Assembly (NCBI GenBank): GCA_013239625.1
Contig: MU053561.1
Location: 2,031,818-2,095,817, forward strand
Source: Lama guanicoe
Taxonomy: Eukaryota
Direction: 5' to 3'
DNA length: 64,000 bases
Part shown: positions 10,564-24,710 of the stretch, one piece after another
How the letters are laid out: each line of letters opens with the position of its first letter
Position numbering within the stretch: position 1 is the stretch's first letter
Position numbers and translations under genes: made by a program
Notes under the pieces: generated by a model
Seen by the model: the letters and a program-made list of their open reading frames with translations, nothing else
The model's database searches: none
What the model was told of the DNA's origin: nothing

Positions 10564-13500
10564 GCCAAAGGTCAAGAGGCCGTGTCACTGTCCGAGGGGC
10601 AGTGGTGCTGGTTCCGTATCTGGCTTCCTTGCCAACTGATCATGAATGTATAATTCTGCCCGGGAAGTCAGATCACCTCTGGGCTTCTCAGAGACCGAGC
10701 AGCACCTCGCCATGGCCCTCAGGAACCCCCCGAGTATGCTAAGTGTCAAGGTCTAGAAGGGGCAGCACTTTACCACTGAGCCTCCGTGACCAAAGCCCGT
10801 GCCCGCTCTGAGCCTGGCCTTCCCCGTCCTTTGTGCTTTCTCCCTGAATCTCTCTGTCTCTCTTTTCCCTCCATCCCTCCCTCCAGAATCCTTCTGAAAT
10901 CTAGAATATTTAATGACATGGAAAAAACATCATGATATACTGTTAAGCCAAAACTAAAAAGCTTACAAAGCAGTGTACACCATATAATTCCACATTTATG
11001 TGTAAGATGAGATTAATTGGGAAGGGGCCCCTCTTGCCTGCCTCAGTTCAGAAAAATTTGAGAAACAGAACCAAGGAGCAGCCAACAGAGGCCAAACTAT
11101 CAGCAGTTCTATGGAGAAAGCTCGTTCAGGCCCATCTGGGTAAGAACTAGGAGTGGGAGCAGGAGGGAAGGCTGGGCGGCCGGCGGGGAGGCTGGCCCGG
11201 GGGAGAGAGGTGCAGGCCGGCCCAGCAAGCCCAGCTCATTGTGCCCGAATTCTGCAGGTGGAGTGAGTCCCTCTTCTTCCCCGGGGCAGGCGCAGGTGAT
11301 GCGAGGGAGACGGGCCAGGGCTGCAGCACTCACCCATCTCCTTCCTCGGGAGAAACACCAAAGCCACTCTCAGCCTTCCTTGGGTAACCTGCCCTGGCGA
11401 TCCCTCTACCACCTCTCAGATCTCGCAGTGGATGCCTGACATCTGGTCCAGCAAGCCAGGTGCATCCGAGTCTTCACCTGTGAAGTCAGGAGATCGTGTC
11501 ATGAGCACCCTTTCTTCTCCGATGGCATCTGGCTTTGGAGTTGCAGGGCAAGTTTCCTACCTCATGCCTGTGGACTCTGAAGGGATCTGTGGAGGGGCTC
11601 AGAACGGGGAGAGGTGTATACAGACTTGCATGTGCATGTTTTTCTGGAAGGATGATCCATACTTTTCCTGGGATTCTGGAGTGGGGCCCAAAAGCTTCCG
11701 AATGATTAAGAACCACTGTGCTCCCCAAGTTGAGGGTCCTGGGACGTTTCAGCTGGAGAATTGTTCTCATCTATTTGCAAGGCAGTTATGTGAAAGAAGG
11801 CAAATGCTGCGTGGCTTCCTAGGAAGGCAGCGGGGCCAGTGGTAAAACTCTCAGGGAGGCCAATTTCAGCTCACTATGAGGATCAACAGTTGAGTGATGA
11901 AAAGAGAACAGACAGTTGCCCGAAACAATGGGTTCCTCATCAGGGAAATATTCAGTCAGTGGCTGTTCGTGGAGCTGGGGTGCAAGATGGACTGATGGCC
12001 TCATGGGTCTGGTCCAGCTCTCAACTGGACTGACTGAAGGAAGGCCGTGGTTCCTGATGCTGGCTCAGACGAGAAAGTGAAAAAGGAGAAAAAGCTGAGC
12101 TGTACTTTTGAATTGTAGGGAGAAACCCTAGGTGTAGAAGGCTGATTGAACTGATCACTTATTGGCTTTATTTATACCCCTCAGTGGAAGAGGACATCTT
12201 CAACAGGGTTGGAGAGCCTCAGAGCTCAAGTCCGCAAGAGCTGGGAGGTACTGGACGCTCCTGACACTTATCTTGCTGAGCTGCTCAGGGCTGGACCTGG
12301 GCCCTGGTACCTGGGAACCACAGGATCTATCTCTGTACTCTTTTAGGCAGCTTTTCTCAACTGTATTCTGTGTGATATCATGTAAAAATACTTATGGATT
12401 TTCTTCAAAAATTATTTTTGAAATATATGCAAGAAAAACATTAAGTATATTTATGCAATTTTTATAGGTTACATACTTTTAAGGCCAGCATACCATATGG
12501 AGAACACCATTCTCCGAGAAGACCTGATGTTGGAAATTCCAGGAACAACAGCGTTGATTCAGCATTTACCACCTCAGGTCGTGTTGACAGGTGGCTTATG
12601 GTCAGTGATTACTGACATCTTGGCTTCTAATTTGAACACATATTTTCTATTTAGTCAATGGTCACTGTATCCTTTTTCATTCCATAAACATTGGGTTCTT
12701 CTGGAGCTGTGGCTCAAAGGAGGAACGTTTTATATGAAAAGCAGAGTTATATGAGTCTCACCTCTTCTGAATCAAATAAGCAAATAGACGGACTACTTCA
12801 AAGCAAAGGTGAACAGACATGGCCTTTGATTTCTAGAAAAAATGGAAGAGTGTTGCTGCGGAGGGAACAATGGTTTGGGGGCAGCCTAATCAGGATTATC
12901 ACCAAATTATCACCAACTTGTTTCACAGAGGCAAACATTGCCTCTTATCCCGGTTTTCCTTATTTGTGAAGTTGTCACACCCTCGCCGGCCACCTGGATG
13001 TGGCCGGCAAATCTCCAGCAGGCGAATGGGTCCTCATGGGCTGGGGAGCCCTGCGGGGCAGAGCAGTACACCTGAGCCACTCAGCTCAAAGAGCAGCCCG
13101 GGATAGGTTGCCCACCAGGGGATCTCCAAGGGGTCCAGCTATACAGTTGATAACCTGGCCATTTCTCGGTGACTCCCACTGGGTTGAGCCCTCCTGGTAG
13201 AGGGTACCCAAAACTAGGGAACCAGACCTGGCTGGAGGAGCTCTGTGATGTGAGAAAGAGGGGCCCCAGTATGGGTGCCAAGGCCAGCCGACAGCCCCTG
13301 CATTTCCTAGAGAAGGTGAAGAAGGAGGCTGACTAGCCAGAGCAGTGGGTGTGCTCCAGCGGGAAGAGGGCAGGCCCGGGGAAAGGTGTCTGAGAGTACA
13401 GATGCCTGGCCTGGGTAATGTTGCCCGTGGAGGAGCCTAGGAGGGAAGCCAAGGCAGGGAGAGGTTGCCAGCTTCCCTTCCTTGTCTGGGCAGGATCCCG

Positions 13501-16500
13501 AAGCTCATAAGACCTCTGTTCCCTTTAAGAACTGCAGCTACTAAAGGAGAAACCAGTCTTGGCCGTGGCACTGACCAGTGTCCATCCCTCCCAGACCTCC
13601 TGGTTAGAAAACCCTGCAGTGAGGTGAGTGGGGCAGGTGCCACCGATCTCCCGATTTTGCTGCTGCATCTCAGGGCTGTTGGGAGACTGTTTCAAGGTCA
13701 CTCAGCACGTAAGAGGCACATTCAGGGTTTGAAATTGGATCTTCCAACTCTGAAGTCCAAGATCTTTCTGATATTCACGCCACCTTGCCCACATACCTCA
13801 GGGGGTATGCACCTTCCTTTCATAAAGGAGGCTACTGTGGACAAACTGCTTTGTAAATCCTTGAAATCTTTTGTGAGATGTGCTGTTGATAGATTTGGGA
13901 AACAGACAAACTCATGACGCTCAGAGAGGTTAAATGGCTGAGCCAGAGTCACACAGCAAAGCCAGGGTTAATTCAAATGCATTCACCTGCTCTCAAGAAT
14001 CCTGAAGAGAATTCGTTGTCAGAGGGCAAAGGGTCTAACCAGGCTCTGCCTCTGCCTTGCTTTCTGGGGCCCAGCTTTCTGTTTTGAGGGGGATCATTGT
14101 ATTTCCAAGAGGTAAAAAGGGAAGCAAAGTAAGTGTGACACCTGGAAGTCTGAGAAAGGACCACTTTACCAGTAGGTAAGGATGCTCCTGACAGCTCACA
14201 AACATGGGCAAATGTCTGTTCCCGGACGGGCTAAAATCCAGGGCTCTCCACAGAGGGAGGTGATGGAAATGATTGTCCACCTCAGGGTAGTGCCAAAGGG
14301 AAAGATCTTCAAACATGTCATTTCCTTAAAGGGTAATACAAGCCCATTAGACCACTCCACTTTATACAGAAAGCAGGCAAGCAACCACTTTTATCACTAT
14401 TATTATTATAAGTGGGAACAAGAGAGGCTTCCCAAAGCCACAGTGATTCACTAAAGGAACCCTCCAGGGAGGCGACTCATGGCATAGCTATGGGGTAACG
14501 GAGGCAGCCACTGGATTTGGGGTCAGAAGGTATGGGTTGTGTGATCTTCGGAGAGTCATTCCCTCGCTGAACCTCAGTGTCCTCCTCCACAGACCCGCAC
14601 ACTCTTCAGGGGGTGATGGGGATGGGCGTGTGACGCGGCGTGTGTACCAGAGGAGCAGCGAGGAGTCCCCTGGCCACCCGCCCGGGACACTTCATTCATG
14701 GCGTCAGCATGCCCTTTTCACCCTGTGCTATGGCTTCCTGCTGGCTTCACTGAGTGTCTCCTGGTCAGCCCACCACCTGCTACACTGTGGTGCTCAATGA
14801 ATGTGTTTGGGATGAAGGAATAAACAGCTTGTTTTCCCATTCATTGAACTGGAAAATCTGAAAAGCACGATGCAGACTTTGGCATTTTTTTTTTTAACAC
14901 AGATAACACATGAATCACAATGCAAAGAGGCTCATTTTCTAAATCTCTGGCCGGAACCAGACACCTAGAAACAGAATACACGAGGGATGGTCAGAAATGG
15001 CACAAAGCATTTTGCACTCTTTCATTTCTGCTCCTTTGGCACAAGGAACTTTGTCCCGAGGAGGTTCGGTCTCTCCCCAACCAGCTCCCCAGTGCTCACG
15101 GCACCACATCCTCCTAGATGTTCCAGGTGGAGGACACAGTCAGGCTGAACCCCCCGATCCCCTCCTCTACATCCCATCTCACTCCCTGGAAACCGAGGCC
15201 TGGGAAGGAGAAGTGACTTGTTCCAGACCCCCTGGAACCCGGTCAGCAAGGCAAGCTGAGAGCTCAGGAGTCTGAGAGTGTCCCCAGGGCACTTTCAGCC
15301 CAGCTGTGTTCCTGACAGGGCACAGCATGAGCAGGGCTGCCGGAAGCCCTGGATCACCGTGAGCTTAAGTTTGGCTCCAAAATCAGGGGCTCATACAGAG
15401 GATCCAGTAGCTTAATTCAGTAAGCATTTGCCGAGCATCTGTCAAGTGCCAGGCACTGGCTTTTTGATGTAAAATATGGGGGTTCACAACAGTTTTGTTT
15501 TGGGCAGGCTGCTCCAGATTAGGCGCCCACACTTGGGTGTGTGGTCACTTTCCTCTTGTGGGGAGGAGTCTGAGCGATGCCCTCCAGCCTGCGGACGGCC
15601 CCGCCCGTCCTCTCTCTGTCCTGGGGGCTTCCTGCCCTGGTCTCCAGGCCTCATGATTGAAGAGTCACTCTTCCCCGTCCTGGGATGGGCCCTGCTGTCG
15701 CGCTGTCCCTTCTTCTCCACGGCAGCAGCATCCAGCGCTTTCTCCTGCCCCCAGGGATGGTGGTGGAGGCAGCTGCGAAGGAGAGGGTCACGACACTGTG
15801 ACTCTGGGGACAGGGCCAGCTCCTGCACTTCCCTTCTGCCTGGCAGCTGCCCAGGACTTTAACAGGAAGGTGCCCCTTCATCCTGGTTGTTCTGTGGCCT
15901 TGGGAGACCATGGCCCAGAGCCGAGAGGCAGCCAGGCACGCTGAGCATCACTGTACTCCAGGCCAAGACGGTTTCCTAGGGAAGGCTGCGAAACAGAGCC
16001 AAACAAGCCCTGTGTCCAGACGAAGAAGAAAATAGAAAACACCAGGAGAGGAACCGGACGCAGGGGCGGGAGTGGAGCAAGAGGAAGTGTCTGGGGAGCG
16101 CTGGTCTCTGGCTGGTTGCTCTGAGTCTCGATATGGCTCACGGCTGGAAGTATGGCCGAGCTGGAAGGGGCCTCTGTGACCATATAGTCCATCCCCTTAC
16201 GTCACAAATGGGAAACAAGGCCCAGAGAGGGCAGGGAGCCGCCCCAGCTGCACAGCTGGATAGAGACAGGGCTGGACGGGGCTCACCGAGCTGGTGGTCT
16301 GGCGTGTGTGTCTGGAGGCTGCTGTCTTCACCTCCCCTAGCCGCCCCCTCTTCCTGTTCACTCTGCTCTTGGTCACATATAGAAAGGCAGCTTTTCTGAT
16401 GGCATTCTGCAAGTTTAAACCCCGTTGGTCCGGATCCAAAAATGTGTCCAGATCACATGCATGACTGCCGTTTCGTGCAATTCTGCATCCACTGAAACCT

Positions 16501-17819
16501 AACCACAGCCTGGGAGGGACACAGGCAGGGATGTGACCAGCCTCTGGCTGTCCCCACTCAGGAAGGCCTGAGATACAGCCAGAGCCCCCAAGACCTTCCT
16601 AGAAGAGGCAGCCGGAGCAGGGCAGCTACACCCTGCTGACCGCACTGCTCACACTAACGGTTTTCCCAAAGGAGAGATCTTGCTCTGGACACTGATTTGA
16701 AGCCTCTCGCTCTGGCCCAATATTATAACAACCATCCATCCTGCTCCTGGGGTTTGATGGAAACAAAAAGAACAAAGAAAGAGAAATAATAATCCCTGGG
16801 TTTCTTTCTAGCTGTGCTGTGCATGAGCTGTGTGACCTTGGGCCGGTCCCTTCACCTCTCTGGGCTTCCTTTCCCTCATTTTGACATGGAAGCGTGTTCT
16901 ACATAAGCCCTTAGATTATCCAGCCCCTAGACTCTCTGACTCATATAAACTCAAGGAAGACCAGCCCACGCCCTGCCCAGGACTCTCCCCTCACATGGCT
17001 TCCTCAGTGCACTGAGCTCAGAGTTTTTGATCACGGGAATCCTCACTCCCAGAGCATGGAGCTAAAGAATCCTCCACTTTACAGAGAGGAAAGTCATTCT
17101 GTAAGGAGAAGCTCCTTTCTGTTTACTTTCTCCCACCATGTTACCTTAGGAACACATATACCAAGCTAACCAGAATTAAACCAACTTTCTCCATGGGTGA
17201 AAAATTGGTATTTATTGTGTATCAACAGCCTCAGTAAAGAAACCTCTTGGTTTTCTGATGCTGAGGATGTTCTGGATCTAATCCGGTGTGCCACTTTCCC
17301 CCTCAAGCTCGTCACTGAAACTCTTGGGTACCCACGCTATAAGCCTGCACTTGAACCTTGCAGATTTGCTCTTGCGTTAAAAGAAGGGGTGGGGTGGGGG
17401 TGGGGTCTTTCTCTCGTTACGTCCAGGTTTCATCTCGCTCTGGTGCATCTGACACTGCTGTGGTCAGGCCCCCTGTGCTGGGCACAGCCTGCCTAACTGG
17501 ACATGGTGACCCCGGTCTTTAGAGTGGCCTGTCTCATGCTTCCTCAACCAAAAGTCTAACTTCTCTTTCCTTATGACTTCTCTGCCCTGCCAGCTGAGAC
17601 GGGAAATTTTAAGAACTGAATTCTTTATATAAAGACAAGTGGCCCGCTTTCGACGACTTTTCGATGTCATCATCCTCTGCCTACCCAGCACCTGAAGCAG
17701 AAGAGAACTGTTCTTTGTGAAGCACAGCACCAAGTTCACTCAGCTCCTTCTGGAATACCTGGCCTCACATGGACTTGGACCCTCTCTCCCTTTCCCGCTA
17801 TCTCTGTCCTGGGCACCAT

Positions 17820-18070
17820 TTCTCAGGGAGCACTGGTTACAAAATTGCAAAATTACAGAACAGCTAGAAGACCGCAAGGACATACTCATGTCCCCTTGGG
17901 ACCTGGGCTCAAAACTGGTACTCTGTCACTTCTGCCTCATTCTACCGGCCGAAGTTGGCCACATGGAGAATACTGTGCTTTCAGGGGAGAAACTCCAAAG
18001 TTACAAAGTAAAGAACTTGGGTACAGAAAAGGGTAAGGAATTGGGGCCATTAATGAAATTAACTGACCAC
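17820..18070 (-). mobile_element. Old MaLR (MLT1-type) LTR fragment
   Basis: CTGGGCTCAAAACTGGTACTCTGTCACTTCTGCCTCATTCTACCGGCC...GGAATTGGGGCCATTAATG...ACCACA resembles the reverse strand of old MLT1 LTRs. Confidence 0.55.
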
Positions 18071-18299
18071 ATCCCCAAATTCTCCCATGCTTTGGGCCGT
18101 CATCAGACCCTCCCTCTTCTGTCTGCAGCTGCTCCCTCTCTACTTGATCAGAACCCAACCCAAAATATGTTTAAAGCCTTCCTGACTTAAGACAAAAGTA
18201 TTGCCTAACCCCTTAAGCCCTGATCACCCTCTGTCTCCCTCCCTCCATTCTTCAGGAAATTTAATCCAAGAAAGAAAGAAAGACTATAAAATAAGAAAG

Positions 18300-18960
18300 T
18301 ATATATATAATATAAAAAGAATATAAAATATAGAAACATGTTGCTCATAATGGTGAAACTGGAAGCAGTGTCAACATCAAAAGAGGAGGAAGAATTTGGC
18401 AAAGTGCTGTGCATGGTGGGTGGTTGGCTGGTCATTATACAGTCATTATAAATGATGGTTATGAAGACTACACAGTAATATTTTTTAAAAATTCATATGA
18501 GATCAAGTTAATTGGAAAAAATACATAGACCACATATACAAGACTGTTATAACTATGTTAACAATATAACCGTGGTATATGAACCTGATGAAACCTGAAT
18601 CAGGTCTGTGGACTGTACCAGTGCCAGTTTCCTGGGTTTGATACTATTTCTATATAAATACTATATTTATATAAGACGTTACCATTGGGGGAAACTGGAT
18701 GAAGGGCACATGGAAACTTTCTGCTCTATTTTTTCAACCTCCCATGAATTTATAATTATTTCAAAATAAGAAGTTTCTTTTAAGCCTCAAAACATACACA
18801 GGAAAAAAAATTAAAATCTTGAAAATTTAAAAAAATTTTTAAAAATTAAAATCCTGGAAAAACTTAAATGGCTCTATTATGTGGTTGAAATGGGAGGGAT
18901 TTTTTTCCTTTTTTCCTGAATTTTCCCCTTTCCATATTGTATTACGTGGGAAATGCCCAC
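18300..18960 (+). mobile_element. Old L1 (L1MC/ME-type) 3' fragments
   Basis: 18575-18776 has a recognisable L1MC-type end (GACTGTACCAGTGCCAGTTTCCTGG...TTACCATTGGGGGAAACTGGATGAAGGG...ATAATTATTTCAAAATAA) within A-rich degenerate L1-like sequence. Confidence 0.65.
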
Positions 18961-21639
18961 TGTATTTCAAGAAAGAAATCCTAGATTTTTTTTTCCACCT
19001 GGTCTGAGCTCCCCCTCCCCCCCAGGCACGTGGCTGGCGTCTGGTGGCGGCCCCACTGTGGCTCCTTCTCCTACTTGCCTCTGCCGTCTACCTCCAGACA
19101 GCACTCTCCCTAAGGCAAGGGCTGGGGCGCGCCACCTTTGCACATCTCTCTTCTCAGTGCTCAGACCGGGGCTTCCTGCGAACTTACTCAATATTCAACA
19201 AATACGTGCTGAACCAAAAACTCTCCCGGACACTGGCAATCCTGACCCCATGCCAAGGTGCATGGAAGTGCACCTACCTTCAAAAGACTCACCATCTCCA
19301 GAACCAACCCAGTAAAGCTCCGTGCAGGGGTGACAGAGGATGGTGAACACAGAGAGGAAGAGTCAGCTGTGTCTCAGGTGGCCCGGAGGGCTTCACCGAG
19401 GAGGTGACCCTGGGGCTGGGCCAGGGGGTGAGGAGGGGGTCACTAGCTGGCCGCTCAGAACGGTGTTTTCCAGATAAAAAGACACCTTGGACAGAGACTT
19501 GGGGAAACAGAAGAGCCCGAGTGTGCACGGGCAATTTGAATCCATCATTTTCATCTTGGAATATTTTAACTGGAAATATTTCTAGTCAGAATTACATAAG
19601 CAGTAGTGAATTTTTGTCAGGAAAATATTTTCCAGCATGAGCTCTGTTGAGCCGATTTATTTCCTTTGTCAACTTTTCTATACAATGTGGTTAGCTGCTC
19701 TTCTGTTTTTCCTTCCTCTCATGTTACCAGAATTATTTTTGCCATCTCTCCTTTTTTACCTTTTGCATTCAAAGAGAAAAGTTTTCGTTTATTCATCTGT
19801 TTATTTTGTTCACATCAAATTGGACTGATTAAACCTTTTGCCATTATGAGGATGTATGTCTTCATTTCCATCAACTTTGACTTCTCTGGGTCAAATTTTA
19901 TACAAATTAATCTGGTCTAGAATTTCTAAAATTTTATTTTATTTTATTTTTTTGGTTGCAAAACAATTTTACCAAAGATATTTTTTTTTGCCACTATCGC
20001 TTTTTTTTTGTTTAGACTTTTTTCTCCTAGAAATATTCATTATACATTGCGTAAACTTCTGCGCCTTTTTGTTTCTGAGATTGCTCACAACAAAACTGAA
20101 TGGATTTGAGACAGATGAAGGGAGCAGACCTGCAGAAGGCAAGAGCCCAAGAGACAGGAGAAGGCTGCCGCACCCCTGGCACCCTGCCTGCCAAAGGGAG
20201 GGGGGCTCACTGTCTCCTTTCGTTTGGAGAACAAAACTCGGTACCCTTTAAAGGAAGATAAGAAGGTCCTGGGCCCCTACAGAATATCATTCACAACATC
20301 ATATGATGTGATATCACAGTATCATCACATCATCTGTTGCACGATAGAAAATCAATCACTAGACCTGTGAAGAGACAGAAATATGCAATGATGGGCAAGA
20401 GGAAAAGCAGTTAATGGTCCCAATGGAAATCTTTAACAAGGGGGGGAAAGGCATCCGTTGTGTATTTCAGAAGGACCACTGAGAAGGGACTGGTCCAGGG
20501 GGAGACAGTGAGCCCTGTTGGCAGAATGTCCTAGTGGCTCTGAAGGAGATACACACGAAGGTTGTGAAGATCTGTGAGTATTGTGTTTGTACTACGATCG
20601 CAAAATGTCAGAGCTGAAAAAATCTTAGCTAGTGTCCTATCTACCCCTCACATTTCCTGTGAGGGAAGTGGGGCTCAGAGAGGATGTGTGATTTCCCTAA
20701 GATCCCACAGCCATTTCAAAGATAAACCTGGATTAGAAACCATAACTTTCCCGTATCACATGGCCTCCCTGTGACGACCTTGTGCTAAAACCGGGTCTCT
20801 GAGGTGACTCATGTGCGTTCAGAGCAGGGGAAGTCCCAGCCATAGTTTCTAAGATGACGCCAAAGTGTCATTTCTTCTTTCTTCTCCCACGTAGGATGAG
20901 GAGGTTTCCAGTAAGCTGTCAGAGAGCGACACAACGGCATCACAAGCCAGGCCCTTCGAGCCCGTTCACGCAAGTAGTTGCGACGTGAGTCTTCCGAGAC
21001 TTGATTTCTAGAAATGCGTGTGCTTCAGGCTCACGCTGGAATCTGTTCAGCTGCTGCTCAGAAGCAACATGAAGAGGGGGGACTGTGGCTCTGATCAGGG
21101 ACAGTGCTGGGTTCAGGGTTCAGTTCGGAGCATCCAGAGGAAAAGGAGAATACATTCCATGACCTCAGTTTGCACTTGAAGATGTGGCTTTCAGCAACAC
21201 ACAGGGGCAAGCAAGGATGGTGGGGGATGGACTGTGGCCCCTTCCTAATTCTGGGAACAAACACAAGGCATCCACAGGAGGTCTGTCGGCCATCTCTCTC
21301 CCAATCAGCCCCCAACTCAACCCATCCCTCGGCTGCTCTTGTCTAACCTCTTTTCCAAGCACTTGACGTGTCTGACAATACAACGGGCTCCCTCTTATAG
21401 AAGCAAGCTCCTTCCTCTTTCCTAGAGCTGGTCAAGCCTGATCTGCACAACCAAGGGGGTTCAACTCTATTGGGTTCAGTCCTTTCTTGAGAGCTTGCTG
21501 CTGTCTGGGACTTGGTGCTGGTGCTCAGCGAGGGTGCTAAAAGGATCAGAACAGCCTAGCCCGGGGGCTGGCCATGCCCTCTATGGCTCCTTCCTACTCT
21601 ACAATGCATGGAATTCTCCTATTTGCTGTAGAGGGTAAG

Positions 21640-21880
21640 AGGCTACCCTTTATTGAGTACCTCCTGGGCCAAGTAGGTGGCACTGGTTTTATGCACATGG
21701 TTTCATTTAATCCTGACCACAACACTGTGAAGCAGGCATCCTCGCATTTGCTGATTTCATTAAACAGGAAACCTAGGCTCCAGAGGTCAAGTCTTTGCCC
21801 AAGATCATGCAACGCATCACCCATGTCCACATCCCTTTGACTTCAAAGGCAGTGCTCTGTCTGCCGCATTGCACTGCCTC
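21640..21880 (-). mobile_element. MIR SINE
   Basis: CTACCCTTTATTGAGTACCT...TTTCATTTAATCCTGACCACAACACTGTGAAGCAGG...AGGAAACCTAGGCTCCAGAGGTCAAGTCTTTGCCCAAGATCA. Confidence 0.7.
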
Positions 21881-24530
21881 CAGAAGTATGAAGAGGGGAC
21901 TGCACTTGGGGAAACTCTCGGGCCCTGTGAATTTGTAATTGAGTGTATTCAGAACATATACCCATAATGGGAGGAGGTCTGGAAAAACAAAAATACATTC
22001 ATGAGAAGTAGCAGCTAACACCTGTAATATTTCTGACCCAAATGTTGTGGGATATTCAAATCTTTAAAAATCCACCATGGCAGAAGATCAGAAACCAGAA
22101 GAAAAGACGAGGGGGTGTGTGTGTGGTTGTGTGTGTGTCCGCTCAGGCATGGACGCGACTGTCAGCGCGTGTGATGATGGTCTCACACACTCAGATGTGC
22201 ACGTGTGTGTGAACACATCAGGAAGCATGTTTCCACAGGTAAACAATACACTTACTTCATTTATCAAAGCACAGAAAACAAAATAAAACCAAAAAAGCTT
22301 CCGTTTTTATTTACAAGATGGTCTTCAAAGATCTATCCATCTGACTTGCAATATTAACTTCTCCTGGGATTTTCAAATCATTTATTTAATCATTTAAACG
22401 TGCATGGAGTGGCACATTCTGAGTTCTTAGGAACCAATAGCAAGGAAACACACATACATCATGACTTACCCAAGTGAGTAGTAATTAAACTCTTGCTGGT
22501 CAGGTTCTCTGGAAATTCTTATCTAGGGTTTGCATGCATGTGTTGGGGCCAGGAAAACCAGATCTGCCCAACCTGGGCTTAGGGAGGGCCTGGCTGAGGG
22601 CAGAGGAGACAAGCTGGCAGATTTCAGGCCAGAAGACCTGCATTCTTTAGTCTGCTCCTTCTGGAACTGCAAGAACCTAGCAGGACCCAGGGGCAACCAG
22701 CTTATTTTTAGAAAGTGCTTCAAGTCCTCCAAGTGTACACAGGCGTGAAGAGAAGAGCTTACTGATCCAACCGATGCTGCCAGAGGTTACTGGTCCAATC
22801 GACTGATTCCAGAGGGAATCAAGAGCGGAGGGAGGGCCACCTGTTAGAACTGGCAGCCGGGGAACGATCTCTGTGAAGGGCTGAGCAAGAGGGCCACTGG
22901 CTGAGGCTTTCCTCATGCAACCCCTGCTCTGCCCAAACAACAATTCCTGGGATAATTCAATGAGCAATTGTTCCTTTTTACCTGCAGAGTTATCCAAGGA
23001 AGTGTGGATTTACCAGCCACTCAAGAGAAGTTCTAGGTGGGTTCAGTTTAATTCAACAAAAATGTATTGCAGGTCTACAGCCGGCACACATGGGCCCAAG
23101 GAGCAGAGAAACACAACTGAGCTGGAGCAATTGTGAGACTATGAAACACACCCATGGCAGTCAGCAGTCACTCATCACAGCCTCTCTCCAGCAGGACCAG
23201 GCGTGGCCGAAGGACCGCCTCGGCAGAGCCATCCCGGTAGCCACCACGCGGGACCAGGATTGGCACTCGGGATGGAAACGATTTGCTGTCGTGGGTTTGG
23301 GTTCTGGCTGGGCTTCTGGACTGCGTTTGGTAAATAAGGCATGAACAAAAGCTCCTGAACTCTAGAAACCTGTAACTGGGGGAAAAACAAACACCTGGGG
23401 GGGATGAGGGGCTCTTTCCTTCCTGACTCACTGACTCGAGCCACCTGCTGCCTGGTGTTGAGAATGAGACGCTTTTCAGCTCAGGAAGCCAGGAAACAGA
23501 TCATGCTCACAGAACCATGGGAAACACTGGGGTTCCAATCCAATCCCCACCCACCCGCCATGCCAGCTCCTTCCAGGCAAGCTTGCCTCCTCTGAGGTCC
23601 TTGTCATTCTAGCTGCAGGCCGTATCCCCCCACCCGACGCTTCCCCACAACAGGACCCCCCCTCAATCCCCAGCCTCGGTGCCCAGCCTTTTCCACCCTC
23701 ATGTTAGAAATGGCCAGGTTTCCATGACCTCCCTGAAAGCTGCTGTATGGGAGACTGTTTGGAAACCACACCAAGCTGCTCCAGGGACTGACTTCCAGCC
23801 ATTCTTCTCACTGGTAAAAGCTCAGCTTCCCCAGAGACTCTCGTGAGCTGGAAACACAAAGCCCACAGCAGTCTCTCCAGTTTCTGGGCTGTACGATTCA
23901 GGGCTCAGGGGCGACGTGAACAGCCAGCAGCCCGGGAGACACTTGCCAAGCGCATCCTTCCAGGGGATCTTGGGTTAGTAGGTGCAAGGAGGAGGCGGGC
24001 GCTGCATTATCTCCATTTATGCTGTGCTGTCAGCACTGCCCCAAACACTCTTTATTATCTTTGTCATCATCCCCAAACATGCAATAAGCCCCTGCCTGGG
24101 GCACCGGCCTCTGTTAGTTCAACGACAGTCCTGCTGGGGAAGGAAGCTCTTTGCAAAAAGTGGTAAGCACCAAGCAACAGCTCCTGTGCTCCAGCCGAAC
24201 CAACAGCACAGAAACTCATAAGGCTACACAAGTTCTGAGAAGCATGTTGAAAAATAAAGATAAAATCAGTGTCTCATGATGCTGATTTTTCTTACATTTT
24301 CCTTAAAAAGCTAACTAGAATCTTTTGGACTCAGGGAACAAGGAATGACTAGGTAAGATTTTTCCATTTAAAAAATGATTTTTCAATCATTTTATCTTTT
24401 CAATAAAGATTCTATTTCCAATATCAAGTTCACGGCTTGCCCTGCTAAGAACTTGTGCATGATTTGGGGCAGCTACAGGGCTTCTCTGGGTAGCTACAAT
24501 TTGGCTTATAAAATGAAGAGGTTTGTCTAG

Positions 24531-24710
24531 ATGGTTTCCAAACTCTCCTGGTGATAAAAAATCAGAAACCTTGTAAAAACATCTAGCTTCCCTGGCCCCT
24601 CCCTTAGAGGTGCTGGCTCTGGAGGCCTGGCATGGAACCCAAGTTGGAATTCTTCATTTAAACAAGTACCTCAGATGATTGTCAACATCAGGTGATTTGG
24701 GAAACACTGG
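24531..24710. mobile_element. MER5-like hAT-Charlie MITE
   Basis: Terminal TGGTTTCCAAACT ... ATTTGGGAAACACTG, with internal TTTAAACAAGTACCTCAGATGATT. Confidence 0.6.

Noticed and set aside
18806..18868. Imperfect direct repeat AAAAATTAAAATC(C/T)TG
   Set aside because: Local duplication in an A-rich old L1 region; no sign of function.
20296..20318. Overlapping 14-bp and 12-bp palindromes (ACATCATATGATGT, TGTGATATCACA)
   Set aside because: About four 14-bp palindromes are expected by chance in 64 kb, and these lie in low-complexity ATC/AC-rich sequence.
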